Shown: positions 49,601 to 58,147 of the stretch, piece by piece | Numbering within the stretch: position 1 is the stretch's first letter | Layout of the letters: each line of letters begins with the position of its first letter | Program-made: the position numbers and the translations under genes | DNA from: Myxococcota bacterium | GTDB lineage: Bacteria; Myxococcota_C; UBA6777 | Direction: 5' to 3' | Assembly: GCA_023150835.1 (NCBI GenBank) | Contig: JAKLKB010000024.1 | Span: 4,534-68,533 of the forward strand | Length of the DNA stretch: 64,000 nucleotides | The notes under the pieces: generated by a model | Database searches by the model: none | Seen by the model: only the letters and a program-made list of their open reading frames with translations | Told to the model about the DNA's origin: nothing

Positions 49601-50932
49601 ATGATCAAATGGTTCGCGCTATTGGGATGTTCGGTGATCGCCTTTGCGTTGTTGGGGGGGGCTTATGCGTATTGGCGGGCCAATCCACCGCTGCCCGTCG
49701 AGGCCGAACGCTACAAGAAGGTGAGTTTGTTTGTGCCGCCCAACCCGCCTTCTTCCGCCGAGATGGAAGAGTACCTTCGACAGAGCGGTGATATGGAGAT
49801 GCGCAATATGCGCAACCTCGATCACATCCGCACCAAGATCCAATCGGGGCGTTGGCCTGCTGAGATGGAGTTGTTGTCGTGGGTTCAAGCCACCGATCTA
49901 GATCTCAAACGCTTTGAAGCGGCCTTGCGTTCGAAGGGCTGTTTTCCGCAAGAAAAAACCACACGCAGCGCGAGCGAACAGGGCGATACGCGGCGTTTTC
50001 GGTACTCGCGCTTTGTCTGGGGGGTCGAGTTGATCACGTACCAATCGTTGCTGTTTTTTCGGCGTGGTGCGGCTCCAGAGGCGATCAAACGGCTGGAGAT
50101 GTTGCACGAGAACTTGTTGCGCTACGAGATGGCGTGTGGGGCTTCGCTGTTGGTGGTCAATGTGATCTCGGCTTCTGTACAGGTGTTTTTGGATGGCGTG
50201 CTGTTTTCGCTGCGGGCTGATGGACTGACGCAAGAAGAGCATGGGCGTCTGTTGGATATCTTGTTTGCGTGGGCGACGCGCCCGCCGTTGTCTTTTGCGA
50301 TGGCGCTGCGTCAAGAAGCCCATCAGGCCAAGAAGATCATCGATCTCTTTCGCCAACAGATCAAAAACAAGATCCAACAAGCACAGCACGACGAGCAGGC
50401 GATCCCGAAAGAGGTCGGCGATGAATTTATGGATCAAATCCATGTCATTGATTTTGCCCAAACCAAGGACTTGATCGAACAAAAGTATCGTTGCTTGGTC
50501 GCCAAAGTCGAGCAACCTTTGTCGCCTGATACCTTTCAACCTTGTCCTGTCGAGCGTTATCTCCGTCGGCTGCGCAAGAAAAAGAAAGGGGAGATGTTGC
50601 TGATGTTGCGCCGCAACGTCGTGGGGCATTTTTTGCTGGCGCAGATGACGCCACGTTATCGGACGTATCTGTTGAACTGGTATGCGTCGAGATGTCGGGC
50701 CGCAGCGCATCTGGCGTTGTGGTATCGGTCTTTGAGAGCGCAGGACAAAAAGCTCGCTCCTTCGCGTTATTTGTTTGAGCCAGAGAATCCTTACACGCGG
50801 GAGCCTTTTGGCGCTTCGCTGGAACAGGTGTGCGCCTTGCCTTTGTGGATCGCGCAGGTGTATCCACAGGCCGAAGGGATCGCCGAGCGCAGCCGCCCAC
50901 CGCTACCTGCGCGATTAAAGCGCGTCGAATAG
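49601..50932 (+). CDS. Hypothetical N-terminally membrane-anchored protein
   Basis: N-terminal TM (WFALLGCSVIAFALLGGAYAYW); no recognisable motif. Confidence 0.4.
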   Translation: MIKWFALLGCSVIAFALLGGAYAYWRANPPLPVEAERYKKVSLFVPPNPPSSAEMEEYLRQSGDMEMRNMRNLDHIRTKIQSGRWPAEMELLSWVQATDLDLKRFEAALRSKGCFPQEKTTRSASEQGDTRRFRYSRFVWGVELITYQSLLFFRRGAAPEAIKRLEMLHENLLRYEMACGASLLVVNVISASVQVFLDGVLFSLRADGLTQEEHGRLLDILFAWATRPPLSFAMALRQEAHQAKKIIDLFRQQIKNKIQQAQHDEQAIPKEVGDEFMDQIHVIDFAQTKDLIEQKYRCLVAKVEQPLSPDTFQPCPVERYLRRLRKKKKGEMLLMLRRNVVGHFLLAQMTPRYRTYLLNWYASRCRAAAHLALWYRSLRAQDKKLAPSRYLFEPENPYTREPFGASLEQVCALPLWIAQVYPQAEGIAERSRPPLPARLKRVE

Positions 50933-51031
50933 AAGGGGCTTGGCGACGATGTTCTCTCTTGTGGGGGTTGGGCGCTGGTCTTGGCTGTGTTAGGGTCGCC
51001 TTCTTTGTTTGTGTGCATGGGCTACACGATT

Positions 51032-51112
51032 ATACGAGATCCGCCTGTTGTGTGATCGTAAAGATGTAGGGGCCGACCCCTGTGTCTGCCCAAGAATAGG
51101 GCGTCTACATAC
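51032..51112. repeat. REP-like family A single copy (variant GGGGCCGACCCCTGTGTCTGCCC) with the conserved flank
   Basis: Matches 24229-24306. Confidence 0.7.
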
Positions 51113-51176
51113 TCTCCTTTGTGTACACATTACTCGGAGATTGTATAACGCGTTCATTTGGAAAAAGGAGCTTTGG

Positions 51177-51869
51177 ATGTTTGGCTACACACGGTGGTTG
51201 ATCGGTCTGATCGGTTTGGGGGGCGGTTGGTTTGGGGCCGCCGCAACAGTTCACGCGGATGAGTTGAGTTTGCGTATCAAAGTCCCTTCGGGCATCTCGG
51301 ATCGGGGTGGGATGCAAAAATTACTCACCAAGGAGTTGCGCAAAAACTTGCTTGAGCAGGGGTTTGTGATCCGACCAAGCGCCAAGTTTTTGTTGGCGAT
51401 TACCGCTGATGTCGAAGAATCGGGCGGAGAAAGCGACCCACCTTCGTGTGTGGTTGCCTTGCGCTTGCAGATGGTGTTGATGCCCCAAAATCGAGAAGTG
51501 TTTACAGCCTCTGCCAACGGGCGTTCGGGCTTTAATCGCCCCACCCCGATGGATCGCGCAAAACGCATGACTTTGCGTACACAATCCACCGCTTACGCTG
51601 CGCGCTCTTTGATCAAGCCCTTGCGCGGTTATATGGAACAAGTCAAAGAAAAGATGAGTAGTCTTGAAAAAGGCCAAGTCCTCGGTCGTGCCTTGGGTAA
51701 ACCCGGACGGCGCTCGGCAGGTGGCACAGGCAGCGCCTCCGCAACCCCCGCACGGCCCGGAAAGCCCTTGCCGGGACGTCCACCCCTCCGAAAGCTCCTC
51801 CCTGCCGGCATGGACAACGACGGCAACAAACCTCCCCTCGCGATCGATTCTGAACCCTCCAAGCCTTGA
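51177..51869 (+). CDS. Secreted hypothetical protein with a Gly/Pro/Arg-rich C-terminus
   Basis: AAAAAGGAG RBS 6 nt upstream of the ATG; signal peptide MFGYTRWLIGLIGLGGGWFGAAATVHA. Confidence 0.45.
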   Translation: MFGYTRWLIGLIGLGGGWFGAAATVHADELSLRIKVPSGISDRGGMQKLLTKELRKNLLEQGFVIRPSAKFLLAITADVEESGGESDPPSCVVALRLQMVLMPQNREVFTASANGRSGFNRPTPMDRAKRMTLRTQSTAYAARSLIKPLRGYMEQVKEKMSSLEKGQVLGRALGKPGRRSAGGTGSASATPARPGKPLPGRPPLRKLLPAGMDNDGNKPPLAIDSEPSKP

Positions 51870-51879
51870 GCTTCTTTGG

Positions 51880-53736
51880 TTAGGGCTTTGCGGGGGCGGA
51901 TTTTCTCGGCGGGGCAGGCTTTGTGGCGAAGGGGAAGGGCAGTTCAAAAGCTTTCTTTTCGGTGACTTTTTTGCGGAGAAGGCTGATGCGTTGGATCAGC
52001 AGGCTCGGCGAAACAACGGCGATGTTGATATTGCCCGAGTCTTCGCCATCTGCGCCATTAAACACACCATCGTCGTTGCCTGTCGCCACGATCCCGCGCA
52101 TGAGTTGCATCGCATCCATCCGCAGGGTCAGCCCTTTGAGGGGCTTTTCTTGGCCCGTTTGTACATCGATCTGGAGCACTTCGTCGGGATTGGCGCTGTA
52201 AAGTGTGCCGCTGACTTGGCTGTAGCCGCTGAAACGCTTGAGGATATAAGCGTACCGCTGGCCTTGTTGTTTGGCTTGTTCGAGCAGTTGTTTGCGCAAC
52301 ACGCTCAAGGGAAAGGCGCGCTTGCTTTTGACAAAGGTGGTTCCGGGGCGGCTAATCGGTTGTTCACCAAAGGCGGCGCGTCCATGCCCGTTCGAGCGCT
52401 TGCGATCCTTGTAGGGTTTTCGGGACATATAGAGCTCTTTGAGTACGCCGTCTTGGATCATCGTAAGAGGGCGCGCCTTTACCCACTCGTCGTCGTAGAG
52501 ATAGTGGCTGTTGAGGGGGGTTTTTCCCCAGTAGGTCTGTGTGGGATCGTCGATCACGCTCAAAAATGACGGGATGATCGGCTTACCCAGTTTCTTTTCA
52601 AAAAATCGCGCATCATTCGGTCGCAAGAATCGGCCTGTTGAAAGCCGCGCCATCAAGATATCGAAAAACATCGCGCCACTCAACATCGGGTCCACGATCG
52701 CTGGGCCTTCGTCTGGATCGCCTTCTTCGCTTTGAACGCGGCGCTTGAGTTCTGCCAAGATCTCGTCGTAGGTGGCTTGAAGCTGCTGTTCTGTCGGTAG
52801 CTCCGCCTCGGTGCGCACAAAGCCGTTGCGCGAAGCGGTGAAGTATTCGTTGTTTTTGCCCAGATACGCCAGTGATATCGACCACAAAAGGCCGTAGTGA
52901 CGCAGCAACACACGCGAGCCATCGTTGCCCACGCCCAACAGAACGTTGTCTTCTCCGTCGATATGTACTTTGCTTTCGATCACACGGGGGTTTTGGCGCT
53001 GCGATCCCGAGATGCGGCGCACGATGCCTTTCCATTTCTTTTTGTCGAATTGCAGCAGCGGATCGAGCGGCGCTTCGTAGCGTGTCGGCGGCTCTTTGGT
53101 CAAGTCGCCCGCTTTGTCGAGTTGTTTGGGCTTGATGCTTCGGACGTAGCGTTTGCGCCAATAACGTGCGGTCGATACGCGGTAGGCGTGATCGGTTTGT
53201 TGCCACAGCAGCTTTTTCAGATTTGGGGCCGATGTATCCGTAAAGATCACATCACCCGAAGGCAGCAGCGTTCGGGTAATGCTCCAATCATATCCGTCCG
53301 AACCCGTCTGATCGAAGGCGTGATCGCCCACACGCATCTCTACACGCACTTGATGCGAAGGCTTGTTTCGGTTGTCGGCTGTGTTGGTCAGCACGCCCTC
53401 CGCTGCATGGATCACCAAACCCCGACGCTGAAGCATCCGATAACGCAGCGAGTACACTTTGGGGATCGCCCGCTTCGCGAAAAACCCCATGTAGCGCTTT
53501 TGTTCGCTCTCCATCAGATCCAACAGTTGCTTGGTTTGGGCTTTTCGTTGTGCAAGATCAACGTATGGCTTCGGCTTTTTGGCCTTGGATGCGGCCTTGG
53601 GGGTCTCTGCCTTCGGGGCGGCTCGGTGGCTCGGGCGGGAAGCGGGGGTGGCTTGCGTGGGTTGGCTGATCAGCACACCAGCCAAGCCGAGAAGCAGAAA
53701 AACACTGCGCGCTGCGCTCTTGCGTCGCTTCAACAT
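51880..53736 (-). CDS. Secreted TldD/PmbA (peptidase U62)-family-like protein
   Basis: SNGHGRAAFGEQPISRPGTTFV resembles the TldD NGRRESYAHxPMPRMTNT box; C-terminal Gly-rich GNDDGVFNGADGEDSGN; signal peptide at the internal Met. Confidence 0.4.
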   Translation of the reverse strand: MLKRRKSAARSVFLLLGLAGVLISQPTQATPASRPSHRAAPKAETPKAASKAKKPKPYVDLAQRKAQTKQLLDLMESEQKRYMGFFAKRAIPKVYSLRYRMLQRRGLVIHAAEGVLTNTADNRNKPSHQVRVEMRVGDHAFDQTGSDGYDWSITRTLLPSGDVIFTDTSAPNLKKLLWQQTDHAYRVSTARYWRKRYVRSIKPKQLDKAGDLTKEPPTRYEAPLDPLLQFDKKKWKGIVRRISGSQRQNPRVIESKVHIDGEDNVLLGVGNDGSRVLLRHYGLLWSISLAYLGKNNEYFTASRNGFVRTEAELPTEQQLQATYDEILAELKRRVQSEEGDPDEGPAIVDPMLSGAMFFDILMARLSTGRFLRPNDARFFEKKLGKPIIPSFLSVIDDPTQTYWGKTPLNSHYLYDDEWVKARPLTMIQDGVLKELYMSRKPYKDRKRSNGHGRAAFGEQPISRPGTTFVKSKRAFPLSVLRKQLLEQAKQQGQRYAYILKRFSGYSQVSGTLYSANPDEVLQIDVQTGQEKPLKGLTLRMDAMQLMRGIVATGNDDGVFNGADGEDSGNINIAVVSPSLLIQRISLLRKKVTEKKAFELPFPFATKPAPPRKSAPAKP

Positions 53737-53939
53737 GCGGACTCCTGTCGATTGTGGGTCTTGTCGTCGCATTGATCCTAGGAAAAGGCCGATATCGCGG
53801 GAAACCATAAGCAGACATCTTTTCGGCTTGCGTTTGCAGAGTCCTACGCAGCGCCTCCGATGTCAAGGTGGGGGTGATGCCGCCTCAGAAGGGCGACAGA
53901 CACGGCTTTTGCGAACTCCTCAGGTGTCAAGACGGATGT

Positions 53940-54065
53940 GATACGATATCCAGTTGATGTGTGATCGCGATGTTGATGCGATCCGCTGTAATTGCCCTAT
54001 TGGGGGGCAGCCACAGGGGGCTGCATTTGAGGGCAGCCACAGGGGGCTGCCCCTACGTTTTATGA
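53940..54065. repeat. REP-like family A, two partial inverted hairpin copies
   Basis: GGGCAGCCACAGGGGGCTGC x2. Confidence 0.7.
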
Positions 54066-54088
54066 CCGCGCTGTGGGCGGATTTCGTA

Positions 54089-54469
54089 TCACTTCGGCGT
54101 ATAAACGCAGGTCTTGGCGTTGATCATGACCTGATATTCGGCCTGACAGGTGATTACTGCACCTTCGTCAGCGCGGCGGATGCACAACAGCTTGGCGTCT
54201 TGATCGGGGTTTCCGTTCCCCGCCGGTACTTGATCGCAACACTCGCGCAACGCCACGCAACATTGGCTGTTGTCCGAACCTGCATCCGCTTCGGGGTTGC
54301 TTGGTACAGGCCGACAACGCGGATCATACGGGTCTTGGCAGCCCATCGACACCCAACAGCCCACAAACACACTCCATAAACCCCAAAAGATCATCCCGCG
54401 CAGCGCTCCAAACTTACGCATCAAAAACCTCCATCGCTTGTCGTGCAGCATCCTGTTGATTCTGTACAC
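54089..54469 (-). CDS. Small Cys-rich secreted protein/lipoprotein
   Basis: Signal peptide plus 10 Cys; preferred over the antisense ORF 53954-54379. Confidence 0.3.
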   Translation of the reverse strand: MYRINRMLHDKRWRFLMRKFGALRGMIFWGLWSVFVGCWVSMGCQDPYDPRCRPVPSNPEADAGSDNSQCCVALRECCDQVPAGNGNPDQDAKLLCIRRADEGAVITCQAEYQVMINAKTCVYTPK

Positions 54470-54531
54470 ACAAGCACCTCAAACGCACGGACTTTTTTCG
54501 GGACTGTTGCCTCTTGTGATCGCAAAGACCT

Positions 54532-55623
54532 ATGATGCCGCGACACGCGGCCCAAAAGGGCCATCTTGAGTTTAGAAAAGAAAGGTACACGATCTTGAGT
54601 GCCACAAAAACCTCCGTTCCATCGAGTCGAAACGCAGTCCACCTGAGCGTTGTCTCCGCAGATACCGACCCTTCCACTCACTCGCACGAAAGCGAAGATG
54701 CGCCCCTTGATCTGCGCGAACTCGTCGATGCTTTGTGGGTCGCAGATCGCTGCACCCAAAGCCCTCTTCCTTACACCCATCCTGCCGTGCGCGGTGTCGC
54801 TTTGCCTTCCCGACAAGCCGTCTTTGAGATGATGGATCTGATGCTCGCCGTGTTTTTCCCCGGCCACTTTGGGCGCTCTGATCTGTCCGAGTCGACCATG
54901 CCTTTTTATCTTGGCTCCACCCTCGATCGCCTGCTCCAGCTTTTACAAGAACAGATGAAACGCGGCTTGTACTTTGTGTGTTCCCACCACGACCAAGAAA
55001 CCTTGTGCGCTTGTGACGGCAAAGCCGAACACTTGACACGGCGTTTTGCTCGCCAACTCCCCACCATCCGACGCTTTCTTTGCTCTGATGTCCACGCTGC
55101 CTACATCGGCGATCCTGCCGCCTTGTCCAGCGATGAAGTGATCTTCTGTTATCCCGGACTCTTCGCCATCGCACACCAACGTGTCGCACACCAATTCTAC
55201 CAAATGGGCGTCCCCATCTTGCCCCGCATGATCACCGAACGCGCACACTCCCTGACAGGGATCGATATCCATCCCGGGGCCTCCATCGCCGAAGGGCTGT
55301 TTATCGATCACGGAACGGGCGTTGTCATCGGTGAAACTGCTGTCATCGGAAAGCGTGTCCGCCTCTATCAAGGTGTCACCCTCGGCGCAAAAAGTTTCCC
55401 CCTCGACGAACACGGCAACCCCATCAAAGGCGTCAAACGACACCCCAACCTCGAAGACGAAGTTATCGTCTACTCTGGCGCCACCATCCTCGGTGATATC
55501 ACCATCGGCGCTGGTTCCGTCATCGGCGGAAACGTCTGGGTCACCCACAGCGTCCCTCCCCACAGCCGTATCACCCAATCTTCCCATCGTTCCGAGTTGT
55601 TTGAGTCGGGTGGCGGCATCTGA
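54532..55623 (+). CDS. cysE: Serine O-acetyltransferase with an N-terminal extension
   Basis: Left-handed beta-helix hexapeptide repeats (GIDIHPGASIAEGLFIDHGTGVVIGETAVIG...). Confidence 0.7.
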   Translation: MMPRHAAQKGHLEFRKERYTILSATKTSVPSSRNAVHLSVVSADTDPSTHSHESEDAPLDLRELVDALWVADRCTQSPLPYTHPAVRGVALPSRQAVFEMMDLMLAVFFPGHFGRSDLSESTMPFYLGSTLDRLLQLLQEQMKRGLYFVCSHHDQETLCACDGKAEHLTRRFARQLPTIRRFLCSDVHAAYIGDPAALSSDEVIFCYPGLFAIAHQRVAHQFYQMGVPILPRMITERAHSLTGIDIHPGASIAEGLFIDHGTGVVIGETAVIGKRVRLYQGVTLGAKSFPLDEHGNPIKGVKRHPNLEDEVIVYSGATILGDITIGAGSVIGGNVWVTHSVPPHSRITQSSHRSELFESGGGI

Positions 55624-55719
55624 TACAAAACCATCGCTCACGAAAAGCACGCAAAAGAGGGATATGGGGCAGTGTCCTGCAAGACCAAGGAAAGAGGAGG
55701 AGGAGGGAGATGCGAAATC

Positions 55720-56075
55720 CGCTTATCGTGTGCGTCAAAATGTAGGGGCAGCCCCCTGTGGCTGCCCGACCACAGGGCGTCTACAGCGGATCGCTCCTAT
55801 CCTTCGAACACACATTTCTAGGATATCGCATGATCCGAAATCCGCCTATCGTGTGCAATATGTAGGGGCAGCCCTCTGTGGCTGCCCGACCACAGGGCGT
55901 CTACAGCGGATCGCTCCTATCCTTCGAACACACATTTCTAGGATATCGCATGATCCGAAATCCGCCTATCGTGTGCGCCAATATGTAGGGGCAGCCCTCT
56001 GTGGCTGCCCGACCACAGGGCGTCTACAGCGGATCGCTCCTATCCTTCGAATACACATTTCTAGGATATCGCATG
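55720..56075. repeat. REP-like family A array, three ~120-bp units
   Basis: Direct reading. Confidence 0.85.
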
Positions 56076-56078
56076 AGA

Positions 56079-57968
56079 TCAGCTATGGCGGGAGGTGTGT
56101 TCAAAGACTTCGAGTTTGAATTCGCCGATGGGGTCTTCGGAGAGTTCGAGGATGCTGTGGTAGCTGAGATGATCGGATTTGAGTTCGGGTTCTTCGGGGA
56201 GTTGTCGAGCGACTTCGTAGGCGAAGTGTTCGAGTTTTTGTTCGTCGGTATCGGGGGAACTGATGGCGAGGATACCGTTGAAGGGGGCGAAGATACGGAC
56301 GCGATCACCGAAGCGGATCTTGAGTTTGGACAGAGCGCCTTTGAGCAGGGCGGGGTGAGCGGCGATGGAGGCGGCGTCACGGCCCATCAGAGCGACCATT
56401 TGGATACCACGCAAGAAAGAGCGGCGGGTGGTGTAGCGCAGTTTGTAGTGGTGTAGGGCAAGATCGCGTTGGAACAGGGCTTCGGCGCGATCGATATCGC
56501 CGTTGACCATGCGCAGACCGTAGATGGTGTCGTGTTCGCATTCGTCGGTAAAGATCTCGAATAGGCCATCTTTGCGTTCGCGAAACAAGAAGGCTTCGGG
56601 TTCTTGCATCATCTCGGCATAGCAAGATTGGAAGCGTTCGCGGGACATCAAGCGTTTGCCGACGTAGCGCAGAGATTCCGAGGTCTTGTTCGAGACCAAC
56701 CAACTCACCAGCCGCGAAAGGGCTTGATCGTCGGTCGGGTCGATATGATCGGCGATATGAGCGAAGGTCAATAACTCCAACGGATTTTCGTTGCGAAACA
56801 CCATCAGCTTGCCAAAGTCAGCCCATTGTGTCGAAAAGCCGGGTGGAAGCCGATTGAGGAAGCGTTCGTAGACGCGCTCTTCTTTTTGTAGGGCTTTGAC
56901 GATGCGTTCCATCGTGAGCCAGATCTGATCGCTGATCAGCCGGCCTTTGTAGATGGCGAGCAGTTGGAGCAATTCGAGTGGTGGAAAGCGACGAGATAAC
57001 CCCGTTGTGGTGCTGATCCACCACGCGGGTTCGCTGTCGTCTTGGCCGTAGACTTCGTTGATCTCGACTTGGAAGTGCGCCGCTGCGTTTGCAAAGTGTT
57101 GCATCGCGAGGCTGTCGATGGAAAACACGATGGCTTGGAGTTTTCCTTCGCGCAGAGACTCCGCAAGGCGTGGGTCGAGCCAGTCCGCATAGATGCCGTG
57201 ATCGAGGCCCACCGCTTTGCGTTGATCGAGCGGCCAGCGGTCGATCCCGACGAGGCGACGGCGAGGGATGCTTTCTTTTTGAAAGAACTGCCAAAAGTCT
57301 TCGCTTGCGAGTTCGCGCATTTGACATTCAACTTGTACGCTGTCCTTTTCTTGGGTCGCAAACAAGAAATGTCCTTCATCCACGCGCAAGAACGCCGCTC
57401 CGTGTTCTTCGGCATCCAACAGCACTTGTCGCCATGATGAACGCACCGAAAGAACCCGCCCGATCTCTTCGAGGCAAAGCGCATCATCTAAAAAGATCGG
57501 CGCTGTATCGGGTGGACGGGTGCGGAAGTAGTCTGGATGATCGCGGAAAAATTGGATCGGATCGGGTGTCGCATCAAAACGAAAGCGGATGCGTTGGACT
57601 TCGCCTTGATCGAAGGTGAAGTCGCACAAGATACATCCCGAATGATCGGGCATTCCGACACCGAGCACTGCGCGGCGGGCATCATTGGGTGATGAGGCAC
57701 GACCGCACTTGGTGCAATGAGTGTCGATGTGCCGCGTGATCTGGTGGATCTCTTCGATCAGCTTCTCGGGTTGCAGATCATCGATCTCGATCTGCCGTCG
57801 TGATGGATAGTAATAGCTATGTTCGCAGGTGCATTGCATCACAACGTAAAATACATACGAAACAAAATACGGCTGCTCGGGGCTTGGGATGATCGAGGAT
57901 GGTTGGGCCATATCGTGATCCTCTTTGGGCAAAGGAGGGACGGGGGACGCATCGGACTTCAACACCAT
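56079..57968 (-). CDS. Hypothetical 610-629-aa protein with N-terminal Cys pairs (CTCEH...CTKCG; C..C)
   Basis: Long ORF; AAGAGGA RBS before the Met at 57911. Confidence 0.5.
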   Translation of the reverse strand: MVLKSDASPVPPLPKEDHDMAQPSSIIPSPEQPYFVSYVFYVVMQCTCEHSYYYPSRRQIEIDDLQPEKLIEEIHQITRHIDTHCTKCGRASSPNDARRAVLGVGMPDHSGCILCDFTFDQGEVQRIRFRFDATPDPIQFFRDHPDYFRTRPPDTAPIFLDDALCLEEIGRVLSVRSSWRQVLLDAEEHGAAFLRVDEGHFLFATQEKDSVQVECQMRELASEDFWQFFQKESIPRRRLVGIDRWPLDQRKAVGLDHGIYADWLDPRLAESLREGKLQAIVFSIDSLAMQHFANAAAHFQVEINEVYGQDDSEPAWWISTTTGLSRRFPPLELLQLLAIYKGRLISDQIWLTMERIVKALQKEERVYERFLNRLPPGFSTQWADFGKLMVFRNENPLELLTFAHIADHIDPTDDQALSRLVSWLVSNKTSESLRYVGKRLMSRERFQSCYAEMMQEPEAFLFRERKDGLFEIFTDECEHDTIYGLRMVNGDIDRAEALFQRDLALHHYKLRYTTRRSFLRGIQMVALMGRDAASIAAHPALLKGALSKLKIRFGDRVRIFAPFNGILAISSPDTDEQKLEHFAYEVARQLPEEPELKSDHLSYHSILELSEDPIGEFKLEVFEHTSRHS

Positions 57969-58147
57969 CTTAGAAGCAGGCCGTAGGATCGCAAATTTTT
58001 CACCCTTCTGCTTTTCGTAAAACGACAGGGTTGTTTTCTTGGATGGTGCGCTGCCCTAAACCCCACGCCCTTTGTTCGGCCCCCTAGACCCCGCATTGGC
58101 GAAGGGTGAATACACAGTCGATTGTTCGTACAGGTGGAATCTTTGCA

